The position numbers and the translations under genes were made by a program. A model generated the notes under the pieces. The model saw only the letters and a list, made by a program, of their open reading frames with translations. It did not search any database and was not told the DNA's origin. 64,000 nucleotides of DNA, taken from positions 100,432 to 164,431 of the forward strand of contig JBMNEO010000005.1 in assembly GCA_050948825.1 (NCBI GenBank), in the 5' to 3' direction. The first letter of the stretch is position 1; every line of letters starts with the position of its first letter. Origin of the DNA: Dethiobacteria bacterium. Lineage in GTDB: Bacteria; Bacillota; Dethiobacteria; DTU022; UBA8154. Of this stretch, positions 39,959 to 48,485 are shown in pieces.

Positions 39959-40387
39959 TTAGATTAATGCCGATATAAGCCCAACAACAAAAGCGGTTAC
40001 CACGCCGAAAACAATGATCGAGCCGGCCAGGGCGAACATCTTTGACCCTGTTCCTGTGACTAGCCCTTCTCTTCTAAATTCCATCGCCATGGAAGTTACA
40101 GAATTGGCAAACCCTGTTACAGGAACTGCAATACCCGCTCCTGCCAGCTGGGCAATATCATCGAAAACCCCTGCAGCAGTAAGCGATGCTGCAATAAAAA
40201 TAACGGTTGCGACAGTCGGGTTTCCCGCTTCCTGTTGAGGAATGCCTAAGGAAATATAAATATTTAAAATTAGCTGGCCGAACATACATATCAAACCTCC
40301 AAAAATAAAAGCATAGATGATATTTTTTATGATTGGAGGTTTAGGTTGTTTTAACCGCTGCCAGTTGTTGATCCAATTCCTATCAAT
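39959..40387 (-). CDS. spoVAC: Stage V sporulation protein AC (no canonical start codon at the homologous N-terminus)
   Basis: Homology to SpoVAC runs from …DRNWINNWQRLKQPKPPIIKNIIYAFIFGGLICMFGQ… through the track ORF; the frame is open to 40486 with no ATG/GTG/TTG; an in-frame ATT (revcomp of 40385-40387) lies 7 nt after AAGGA. Confidence 0.6.
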   Translation of the reverse strand: MDRNWINNWQRLKQPKPPIIKNIIYAFIFGGLICMFGQLILNIYISLGIPQQEAGNPTVATVIFIAASLTAAGVFDDIAQLAGAGIAVPVTGFANSVTSMAMEFRREGLVTGTGSKMFALAGSIIVFGVVTAFVVGLISALI

Positions 40388-40446
40388 TAGAATATCCTTT
40401 GTTTCTTTGGTGGAACTAATCGTTCTACACTTCCCTTTGAAGCCGG

Positions 40447-40650
40447 CTACTGGCGTACACCGAAGGCTAGCTTTACATTGGCTTTATACTCCACAACATC
40501 ACCGTCAGATACATTTGCGGTCAGATTTAATACCTCAACCCCTGTAATCCCCTCCACAGTATCAGAAGCCCTCATTACCGCATCCCTGACCGCATCCTCC
40601 CAGCCCTCGGTTGATTCGCCGATTAACTCAATTACCTTTGCTACTCCCAT
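40447..40650 (-). CDS. Dodecin family flavin-binding protein
   Basis: 67 aa; MGVAKVIELIGESTEGWEDAVRDAV…. Confidence 0.55.
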   Translation of the reverse strand: MGVAKVIELIGESTEGWEDAVRDAVMRASDTVEGITGVEVLNLTANVSDGDVVEYKANVKLAFGVRQ

Positions 40651-40779
40651 TTCCTTCTCCTTTCTATTGATTTTGAATTGATTAGGTTTGTTGATTTGGA
40701 TCTGTTAATTGAATCTAGTTTATACATTAACCTTCTAGCCTTCGATAGTTTGCCTCATTATTTTATCTTCTATTCCAAC

Positions 40780-40874
40780 GCGACAAAGAGCTGCGACAGG
40801 GTGCTGCAAGTTGCGACAGTGAGAACCGTCCCCTATGTCGCACGTGCGACATAGGGGACGGTTCTCACTGTCGC
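40780..40874. repeat. 62-bp perfect palindrome (40813-40874) with six GCGACA/TGTCGC hexamers
   Basis: gcgacagtgagaaccgtcccctatgtcgcac | gtgcgacataggggacggttctcactgtcgc; extra GCGACA copies at 40780 and 40793. Confidence 0.8.
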
Positions 40875-41150
40875 AATGTTGGGTGGTGATGACGGGACGG
40901 GAACGCCGGGGCGCCTGTTCTTCTGGTGGCAAAAGAGAAGTAACCAAAAAGAAGGAAAATACTGTCATCAAAATAATTACGATCAAAATTAGTATTAAAA
41001 AATGTTGTGTATCCTTTGACAATAGAATATTCCTCCTGAGGTTATGCTCTTTTTTCTATTATTCTCGTATCCGGTTTTTTTATTTATAAAAAAAAGGCCT
41101 TCTGCAAGCCTCTTTTTAGGTAATGACATTATATATGCTGAAGGATTTTC

Positions 41151-41837
41151 TCAGGGTTTTTCCTTTAACTGCCTGATAACCTGCCTTTCCAACCGCGAAA
41201 CATGGGATTGGGATATCCCGAGCATTTTGGCTACCTCCTCCTGGCTCTTTTCCAAAAAATATCTTAAAACAATAATTTGCCTTTCACGCGGAGGAAGCAA
41301 ATTCAACTTTTCTTTTAGGAATATTCTATCAAAAAAGCTGTCGGTATCGCCAGGTACAGAGCCTTCTTCTTGCAAAGGCATGACCGGATGCTGAAGCTCC
41401 ATCAACCAGACAATTTCTTCTTTTGGCAGACCCATTTTTTCGGCAAGCTCTTCCAATCGCGGGCGGCGTTTTAATTTTTGCTGCAGTTCATCTCTATTCT
41501 GCAGGAGTTGAAGATAATGATTGTGATAGGAACGCGATACTTTAAACAGATGACCGTTACGGCGTAAAAATGATTTGATCTCACCGAGGATAAAAGGAAC
41601 AGCATACGTTGAAAACTTCGTTTCTCTGTCAGGATCATAATTATTGAGGGCTTTAAGCAGCCCCAGGCAACCTTCCTGGAAAATATCGTCATATTCAATT
41701 ATATCCAGAGGATACCTCCTGCAGAGGGCATGTACTAAAGGCAGGTGATAATTAACAACCTTTTCCCGGGCTTCGGGATCACCTTGTTTATTTTTAAGGT
41801 AGAGCTCTCGCAGTTGCTCTTCAGTGTACTCCGGCAT
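41151..41837 (-). CDS. sigF: RNA polymerase sporulation sigma factor SigF
   Basis: 228 aa sigma-70 family; follows spoIIAA-spoIIAB. Confidence 0.8.
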   Translation of the reverse strand: MPEYTEEQLRELYLKNKQGDPEAREKVVNYHLPLVHALCRRYPLDIIEYDDIFQEGCLGLLKALNNYDPDRETKFSTYAVPFILGEIKSFLRRNGHLFKVSRSYHNHYLQLLQNRDELQQKLKRRPRLEELAEKMGLPKEEIVWLMELQHPVMPLQEEGSVPGDTDSFFDRIFLKEKLNLLPPRERQIIVLRYFLEKSQEEVAKMLGISQSHVSRLERQVIRQLKEKP

Positions 41838-41867
41838 ATGACTATCCCCTTTTTATGCCCAGTTTGC

Positions 41868-42305
41868 TTAATGATTGTTTTCAGCAACCCTGCCAAAGAC
41901 CTTTGACATTTTAACAGCCGTTCCCTTTCCCGGCGCAGATTCAACTCTTACCTCATCCATGAAATTTTCCATAATCGTAAAACCCATTCCGGATCTCTCC
42001 AGTTCCGGTTTTTCTGTGTAAAGCGGTTCACGGGCCCTGGCGATATCTTCAATGCCTTTCCCGGAATCATATATTTCCACAGTTAACTGCCGTTCATCAA
42101 CATAAGCGCTTATTTTAATAATACCGCGATCATCTTCATCATAGGCATGTAAAATGCTATTTGTAACCGCTTCCGAGACCGCAGTTTTTACTTCGTTTAG
42201 CTCCTCAAGGGTAGGATCGAGGCGTGCTGCAAAAGCAGCGATAACAACTCTCACAAAACCTTCATTCTCTGATCTTGCGGGGACTTCAAGCATCATATAG
42301 TTCAT
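41868..42305 (-). CDS. spoIIAB: Anti-sigma F factor (serine kinase)
   Basis: 145 aa; GHKL ATPase motifs (…EAVTNSILHAY… DSGKGIED…). Confidence 0.9.
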   Translation of the reverse strand: MNYMMLEVPARSENEGFVRVVIAAFAARLDPTLEELNEVKTAVSEAVTNSILHAYDEDDRGIIKISAYVDERQLTVEIYDSGKGIEDIARAREPLYTEKPELERSGMGFTIMENFMDEVRVESAPGKGTAVKMSKVFGRVAENNH

Positions 42306-42363
42306 TAGCCACTGGCCTGACCTGCAAGCCAGTCTCCACCTCCTAAATAAAAATGATCAAAAA

Positions 42364-42705
42364 TCAATCCAGGTTGGCTATTGCCTTACTTTCATCGCTG
42401 CAAACCGGAATAATCTTTAACAGGCCTCCCATCTCCAGGATCTTTTTATTATGCGTTTTTAATCCACAGATTATGACCTTCCCCCCCCTGGCCTTAATCT
42501 GTTTATAACGTCCCAGGATAACACCAATACCGGAACTGTCCATGAAAGTCAAATTTGTCATATTTAAAATTAAGTTCTGTACATGATCATTTTTTTCTAA
42601 TTCTTTATCTACTGTCTGGCGAAAAACAAAAGAAGTGTGGTGGTCTAATTCACCCTTAAAGCGTGCAATAAGGTTTTTTTTTCTTCTGATAAGCTGGACC
42701 TGCAA
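42364..42705 (-). CDS. spoIIAA: Anti-sigma F factor antagonist (STAS domain)
   Basis: 113 aa; …LTFMDSSGIGVILGRYK…. Confidence 0.85.
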   Translation of the reverse strand: MQVQLIRRKKNLIARFKGELDHHTSFVFRQTVDKELEKNDHVQNLILNMTNLTFMDSSGIGVILGRYKQIKARGGKVIICGLKTHNKKILEMGGLLKIIPVCSDESKAIANLD

Positions 42706-42765
42706 TGATATGCCCTCCCTTTATGAAAACAGCTTACTGCTTATAAAACAGCCTACTGCAAAATA

Positions 42766-42792
42766 ATTCTGCATATAATGGAAATTTCCTGC
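42766..42792 (-). promoter_or_regulatory. Candidate sigma-H-type promoter for spoIIAA-spoIIAB-sigF
   Basis: Minus strand: gcAGGAAAT, then gcaGAAT with AGGA-to-GAAT spacing of 17; preceded by the dacF terminator aagccctccgtgggctt plus U8. Confidence 0.35.
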
Positions 42793-42830
42793 AAAAAAAA
42801 TAAAGCCCACGGAGGGCTTGCAAAAAATAT

Positions 42831-43997
42831 TTACCTGCCAAATTTTAACCAGGTTTCCAGGTATCTCCGGAAAAGGCGCGTCAAAGAAGCTCCGGCCACA
42901 TCCCGGGCAACCTCAAGATCTACTTCTTTCAATATGGTATCCCCCTGCATTACTTTAATCTTTCCCACCTTTTTTTCTATTAGAACGGGGGCCTCCAATC
43001 TTTTGGGGAGCTCAAGTTCAGTCCTGTACTGCGGCTCATCCCCTTTTTTGATCAACAGGCTTAAATTTTCGGTTGTCAGGATGTCTATTTCCCGGGCGGT
43101 ACCTTTTTCTACAGGAAGTCTTGCTACTTTTTCCCTTTTATCTGCCAGCTCCAGAGTGTAGAAATTTGCAAATCCGTAATTAAGTAAATCCTGTGCCTCT
43201 TCATAACGGATATCACTTGTTGGGCTGTTTAAAACAACCGCTATAAAACGGGTGCCATCCTTTTCCGCCGTAGCGGATATACAGTGCATTGCTTTATCCG
43301 TATACCCTGTTTTTACGCCGTCACACCCCTCGTAGTAGTGAATGAGACGGTTTGTATTGCTCAAATATACTTTTTCACTTTTAATTTTGCCTTCTAAAAA
43401 GTTCTCATCCATCCAGATAGATACCCAGCGGGTAAAAATTGGATAAGACATCAATTCCCTGCTCATCAGGGCAACATCAAAGGCTGTAGTATAATGATCA
43501 TCGTGGTGAAGGCCATTGGCATTTACAAAATTTGTATTTTTCATTCCCAGTTCATCAGCACGCCTGTTCATTATTTCGACAAATCCTGTTTCGCTGCCGG
43601 AAATATACTCTGCCACTGCTACCGAAGCATCATTTGCCGAACCGACGGCCATGCCAATCAACAATGATTCCATATCTACAACATCGCCGGCGGATAAGAA
43701 AATAGTTGAGCCTCCCATTGACTCCGCGTATTTTGTTACGGGAACCTGGTCATCAAGTGAAATTTCCCCTCTTTCCAAAGCTTCCAGGGCCAGCAGCATA
43801 GTCATGATCTTCGTCAAACTCGCGGGGTAAAGCTTTTCATGCTCGTTAACAGCAAATAAAATTTCTCCTGTTTTATATTCCATCAATAACGCTGCCTTGG
43901 ATTGAATCCTCCCTTCAAAGGCTTGACCTTTTCCTAAAGGGAAAATAAGCAGTGTAAAGAAAATCAGGAAACATACAGCAAAAAGTTTTCTTTTCAT
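42831..43997 (-). CDS. dacF: D-alanyl-D-alanine carboxypeptidase DacF (forespore PBP)
   Basis: 388 aa; signal peptide; SXXK (…PASLTKIMT…); gene order dacF-spoIIAA-AB-sigF as in Bacillus. Confidence 0.8.
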   Translation of the reverse strand: MKRKLFAVCFLIFFTLLIFPLGKGQAFEGRIQSKAALLMEYKTGEILFAVNEHEKLYPASLTKIMTMLLALEALERGEISLDDQVPVTKYAESMGGSTIFLSAGDVVDMESLLIGMAVGSANDASVAVAEYISGSETGFVEIMNRRADELGMKNTNFVNANGLHHDDHYTTAFDVALMSRELMSYPIFTRWVSIWMDENFLEGKIKSEKVYLSNTNRLIHYYEGCDGVKTGYTDKAMHCISATAEKDGTRFIAVVLNSPTSDIRYEEAQDLLNYGFANFYTLELADKREKVARLPVEKGTAREIDILTTENLSLLIKKGDEPQYRTELELPKRLEAPVLIEKKVGKIKVMQGDTILKEVDLEVARDVAGASLTRLFRRYLETWLKFGR

Positions 43998-44056
43998 GTT
44001 TCTGTCATCCCTCCTGCTATATTTTCCCCACTACTTATTAAATGATACAAAATAGC

Positions 44057-44096
44057 CTTGCTTCTTCTAAAACAAGGCTGTTTTTGTTTTTTATAT
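44057..44096. terminator. Bidirectional terminator between pdp and dacF
   Basis: agccttg-cttcttctaaaa-caaggct followed by gtttttgtttttt. Confidence 0.45.
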
Positions 44097-44105
44097 ATGA
44101 ATGGG

Positions 44106-45422
44106 TTAACTGGGAAACGGGGGGACTACACCATAAATAAGCGGAAGTTCTTCCACCGTTTCATCGCTAATAGCAAAAGCATTAATTAAGTCTTTGCAAG
44201 CAGCCTGAAGGAGGTCTTCATTATTGCCGTGGATATGGGCTAAAACATCCCCTGCAAGCACCTGGTTCCCAACTTTCTGGTTCAATACAACCCCTACAGA
44301 GGGATCTATCTCTTCCCCCTTGTAAGATCTTCCCGCACCGAGAAGGGCTGCCGCCTTGCCCACCTTTTTCGTGTCAATTTCCGAAATAAAGCCCGCTTTT
44401 GGCGCCTCGATTACTTCAACGAATTTGGCCTGTGGCAATAAGGCTGGATCATCCACACATTGGGCGTCTCCTCCCTGGCAACTGATCATCTGTTTAAACT
44501 TTTCCAGCGCTGCCCCGTTTTTTAACAGTTTGCGGAGTTCAGCCTGACCCTCTTCCGGGTTTCTTACCTTGCCGGCAAGCGCAAGCATATATCCGCCGAG
44601 AACGATACAGAGTGTTTCCGCATCAGCAGGGCCTTCGCCTTTTAAAATACTGATTGCCTCCTTCACCTCCAGGGCGTTTCCAACGGCAAAACCCAGAGGT
44701 TGATTCATATCCGTAACAACTGATACAATTCGCCTGCCCATTTCTTTTCCTATACGGAACATCGTCTCCGCAAGGTAAAACGCCTCTTCCCTGGTCTTCA
44801 TAAAGGAGCCCTGCCCGGTTTTGACATCCAGTAAGATAGCACCGGCCCCGGAGGCAATTTTTTTGCTCATAATGGATGCAGCAATCAGTGAAGTATTTTC
44901 GACTGTTCCTGTGACATCCCGCAGGGCATAGAGTTTCTTATCCGCGGGAGTCATTCTCTCCGTTTGGGCCATTATCGCCAGATCGTTTTCTTTAATCAGC
45001 TCGATAAACCTTTCCAGGGAAAGTTCTGCGCTAAAACCCGGTATGCTCTCCAGTTTATCGATCGTCCCTCCGGTAAAACCCAATCCTCTTCCGGAGACTT
45101 TGGCCACGGGAACCTCTGCAGCAGCTACCAGCGGGGCCAGCGCAAGGGTTGTTTTATCCCCTACCCCGCCGCTGCTATGTTTATCGGCTACCAGTTTCCC
45201 CAGGGAGGAAAAATCAAGCGTCTCCCCCGATTCAGCCAGGGCAGCAGTAAGCGCAGCGGTTTCCTTTGGGCTGAGACCCTGAAAGAAGACAGCCATTAAA
45301 AATGCGGCCATTTGATATTCAGGAATCAAGCCCTTGTTATACTTGTCAATCAGAAAAAATATCTCTTCCGCAGAAAGGCTTTGACCGTCCCTTTTTCTAA
45401 TAATAAGATCTAACGCCCTCAT
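44106..45422 (-). CDS. pdp: Pyrimidine-nucleoside (thymidine) phosphorylase
   Basis: Start MRALDLIIRKRDG…; …DKHSSGGVGDKTTLALAP…. Confidence 0.85.
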   Translation of the reverse strand: MRALDLIIRKRDGQSLSAEEIFFLIDKYNKGLIPEYQMAAFLMAVFFQGLSPKETAALTAALAESGETLDFSSLGKLVADKHSSGGVGDKTTLALAPLVAAAEVPVAKVSGRGLGFTGGTIDKLESIPGFSAELSLERFIELIKENDLAIMAQTERMTPADKKLYALRDVTGTVENTSLIAASIMSKKIASGAGAILLDVKTGQGSFMKTREEAFYLAETMFRIGKEMGRRIVSVVTDMNQPLGFAVGNALEVKEAISILKGEGPADAETLCIVLGGYMLALAGKVRNPEEGQAELRKLLKNGAALEKFKQMISCQGGDAQCVDDPALLPQAKFVEVIEAPKAGFISEIDTKKVGKAAALLGAGRSYKGEEIDPSVGVVLNQKVGNQVLAGDVLAHIHGNNEDLLQAACKDLINAFAISDETVEELPLIYGVVPPFPS

Positions 45423-46613
45423 CCCCGATCCTCTCCTCTTATGAGCAATTTTCCGGCAAAGCTCTGACCGTCCTTTGTTAATTTTCCACATAATAGCTCT
45501 GCCACCGTAGCCCCCAGGTCAGCAAAGCTTTCCCTGGTACCAAGGTTTCCCGGAGTGATCTGATGCCCGTATATAAGCAGCGGTACATATTCTCTGGTAT
45601 GATCCGTCCCTTTAAAAGTTGGATCACAGCCGTGATCGGCGGTTATTACCAGCATATCATCGTCATTTAAACGTTTCATAACTTTTCCTAAAAAACGATC
45701 AAAAATTTCCAGGGCGGCTGCATATCCTTCAACATCGTTTCTATGTCCATAAAGCATATCAAAATCAATTAAATTAGCCCACAATAACCCGTCAAAATTT
45801 TCATCGAGTGCAAAGGAAACGGCTTCCATAATGCTATCATTATCCGAGCCGGGAAGATGACGAGTAACCCCTTTTCCAGAAAAGATATCCATTACTTTGC
45901 CGACAACCCATACCTGCCTTCCATTATTTTGCACCAGATCAAGCAAAGTAGGAGTCAAAAGGAACCAGAGAAAAATCCTTTCTTTCTTTGAGGCGGTAGA
46001 AACTGCCCGGCTTACCCTCGAATGGTCTGGCGATTACCCTGCCTACGGCATGGTTTCCTACAAAAATATTTCTACGTGCCAGGATACACCACTCATACAG
46101 GGTTTCTAATGGAATAATTTTCGTGTGCGCCGCTATTTGAAAAACGCTGTCCGCTGAAGTATAAACGATGGGAAAACCTGTCCGCAGATGTTCCTCCCCT
46201 AGTTTATTAATGATCTCGGTCCCTGAAGCGGCGATATTCCCCAGGGTCTTGCGCCCGATCATATTTTCAAAAGGGCGGATAATTTCGGCGGGAAAACCTT
46301 GCGGGTAAAGGGGAAAAGGGGTTTTCAGGACCAATCCGGCCAGTTCCCAGTGTCCTGAAATCGTGTCTTTGCCAGGGGAAAGCTCAGCCATTTTACCGTA
46401 AGCTCCAAGCAAGTTGTCCACAGGTCCCCTGTGGCTATTATTGTCTAAGATTTTACCCAGTCCCAGGGAAATGAGATTTTCAATCTTCAGCTCCTTTTTA
46501 TGCAGAACATGTCCCAGGGTGTTGCTTCCTGCATCGTTATATTCTTCAGCATCCGGCAGAGCCCCAACTCCTGCACCGTCCAGTACTAGAATAAATGTCC
46601 TGTTTATTGAAAT
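45419..46613 (-). pseudogene. deoB: Phosphopentomutase DeoB with an internal frameshift (about 45940-45950) and no canonical start codon
   Basis: Middle ORF (…[14 protein letters not shown]…[14 protein letters not shown]…[11 protein letters not shown]…) and C-terminal ORF (TPTLLDLV…ITADHGCDPTFKGTDHTREYVPLLIYG) sit in different frames. The N-terminus reads [11 protein letters not shown] with ATA where the conserved Met is expected, and an ATT lies 7 nt after GGGGG. Confidence 0.6.
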
Positions 46614-46685
46614 ATTATTACCCCCTTTTTAAATTTTACAGAAATAGGACTGGCAGCGTTCCTACAAAAAAAACATAGCCTATTA

Positions 46686-47573
46686 TTAGGCGCGGGGATG
46701 TGTCTGGTTATAAATTTCTTTTATTTTTTTCCTGGTAATCTGGGTGTATATTTGTGTGGTTGAGATATCTGCATGACCAAGCATCTCCTGGACAGAGCGA
46801 AGGTCTGCTCCATTTTCGAGCAGATGCGTTGCAAATGAATGACGCAGTGTATGAGGGGTAATCTCCGCGTTTATCCCTGTTCTCAAAGCGTATTTTTTCA
46901 ATATTTTCCAGAAACCCTGGCGGGTTAACCGTTTACCATGCTGGTTTATAAAAAGCGCTTTTTCATCCCTTTGTTTGAGCAGCTTTAACCTTCCGTTTTG
47001 AAGATATTCCTGAAGGCTCTTTATCGCTACAGAACCAAGCGGTACAATCCTCTCCTTATTACCTTTGCCGTCACATTTCAAAAAACCCATTTTCAGGTTA
47101 ACGTTATCCAGATTCAAAGAAACCAGTTCTGAAACACGTATTCCTGTGGCATACAGCAACTCCAACATCGCTTTGTCCCTCATACCGATGTTTCCCTTTG
47201 GCTGTGGCTGCTCAAGCAGCAGTTCAATATCTTTAAACGATAAAACAGTAGGCAACCTTTTTTCTGCTCTTGGAGATTCAAGCTCTCCGGCAGGATTTTC
47301 CTGGATTATTTGTTCCTGCAGAAGATATTGATAGAAGGAACGGATCGAAGCTAAATTCCTTGTCAAAGTAGAAACGGCCAGTCCTTTTTGCTTTTGCTCA
47401 GCTAAATACTCCAGAATTATTTTTTTTGAGGTTTCGTTGAAATCCCTTACCTCCTGACGATTTAAAAACTGTATATACTTTTTCAAATCTCGTTGATAAG
47501 ATTCCAGAGTATTTTCCGCAAGTCCTTTTTCTACCGAAAGGAAAAAAACGAAATCCTTTAAAATCCTTTCCAT
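46686..47573 (-). CDS. xerD: Site-specific tyrosine recombinase XerD
   Basis: 295 aa; C-terminal R…HxxR…Y catalytic region (…HTLRHSFATHLLENGADLRSVQEMLGHADISTTQIY). Confidence 0.85.
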   Translation of the reverse strand: MERILKDFVFFLSVEKGLAENTLESYQRDLKKYIQFLNRQEVRDFNETSKKIILEYLAEQKQKGLAVSTLTRNLASIRSFYQYLLQEQIIQENPAGELESPRAEKRLPTVLSFKDIELLLEQPQPKGNIGMRDKAMLELLYATGIRVSELVSLNLDNVNLKMGFLKCDGKGNKERIVPLGSVAIKSLQEYLQNGRLKLLKQRDEKALFINQHGKRLTRQGFWKILKKYALRTGINAEITPHTLRHSFATHLLENGADLRSVQEMLGHADISTTQIYTQITRKKIKEIYNQTHPRA

Positions 47574-47752
47574 CCAAGGTTATCCCCTTTAACTAAAAAG
47601 CAGCAATTTTAATAAGTTATTCCACACATTTTGCAAAAACCCTTTTTTCAATGTATTGATCGATCAAATTATTAACAGCGAAAGACAGCACAATTTGCCA
47701 CAGGCAACGTTAACAAATACAAAACCTTTACCCCTGTAGCTTATGCGGGAAG

Positions 47753-48394
47753 TTATATTATGTTAATCACAAGCTCCATAAAAACAGGTGTTACATAGGC
47801 TTCAACCAGACCGCCTAATAATTCAAAAATCAGTACCATAAACATCATAATACAGTACTGTTGGAAATACTGCCTCCTGTTGTTTGCATGTTTTTTAGCT
47901 AAACGGCCTTTTACATTTAAAATTGAAAAGGTCATCGCTGTAGCCCCTGCAACAAGGTAACCAGGGACCATAATTATATTATGCGGCAACACGGCGGCTA
48001 AACAAAAAACAATTCCTTTCAGCGAATAATGCCTTACCATAAATCCAACGGTAAAACCGATGGCAAACCCCTTAATAAGGAGCAAAAATAAAATAAACGG
48101 GAAACCCATCCAGAGCAAGCCCAGCAGCCATAGAACCGATAATAGCAGGATATTTTTTTGATAAGACGTTTTTAATATTTCCAGCGGCTGCAAGATAACA
48201 TCCGCATCTTTTTTTAAGCCTTCAAAAAAATGGCCCATTGCCGTACCCAGCTCTATTACCTGGCTCTCCTGCAAAAAACCGAGCAAAATCGGCCCTGCGA
48301 TAACCCCGGCAAGAAAAAATGCTGTAACAACAGTATATATACCCAGGTTTTCCCTGATATATTCTAAAATATCTCTTTGGAAGCGCTTTAACAT
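47753..48394 (-). CDS. spoIIM: Stage II sporulation protein M
   Basis: 213 aa membrane protein; KGFAIGFTVGFMV, LPHNIIMVPGYLVAG, IEAYVTPVFME align with B. subtilis SpoIIM. Confidence 0.8.
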   Translation of the reverse strand: MLKRFQRDILEYIRENLGIYTVVTAFFLAGVIAGPILLGFLQESQVIELGTAMGHFFEGLKKDADVILQPLEILKTSYQKNILLLSVLWLLGLLWMGFPFILFLLLIKGFAIGFTVGFMVRHYSLKGIVFCLAAVLPHNIIMVPGYLVAGATAMTFSILNVKGRLAKKHANNRRQYFQQYCIMMFMVLIFELLGGLVEAYVTPVFMELVINII

Positions 48395-48485
48395 AAGAAC
48401 CTCTCAGGGGTTTGTCCTTCTATACTGCTTAATAATATGTTCTCTTGAAAGAGAATATGTTAAAGAACTAAGGCAGGACCCAGTA

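Noticed and set aside
40651-40735. Repeated TTGATT/AATCAA hexamers upstream of the dodecin gene
   Set aside because: Short AT-rich hexamer recurrences in an AT-rich promoter region; insufficient to claim a specific operator.
40813-40874. 62-bp palindrome as the sigF or dodecin intrinsic terminator
   Set aside because: No U-rich tract follows the stem on either strand. It is also more than 250 bp from the sigF stop, where a separate weak A/T-flanked hairpin already exists (about 41095-41130).
40735-41022. 95-aa minus-strand ORF (MSKDTQHFLILILIVIILMTVF…) overlapping the 62-bp palindrome
   Set aside because: The C-terminal two-thirds is simply the translation of the palindrome and GCGACA repeats (HCDSENRPLCRTCDIGDGSHCRNLQ…). 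Only the hydrophobic N-terminus could be a real micro-protein, and there is no support for that.
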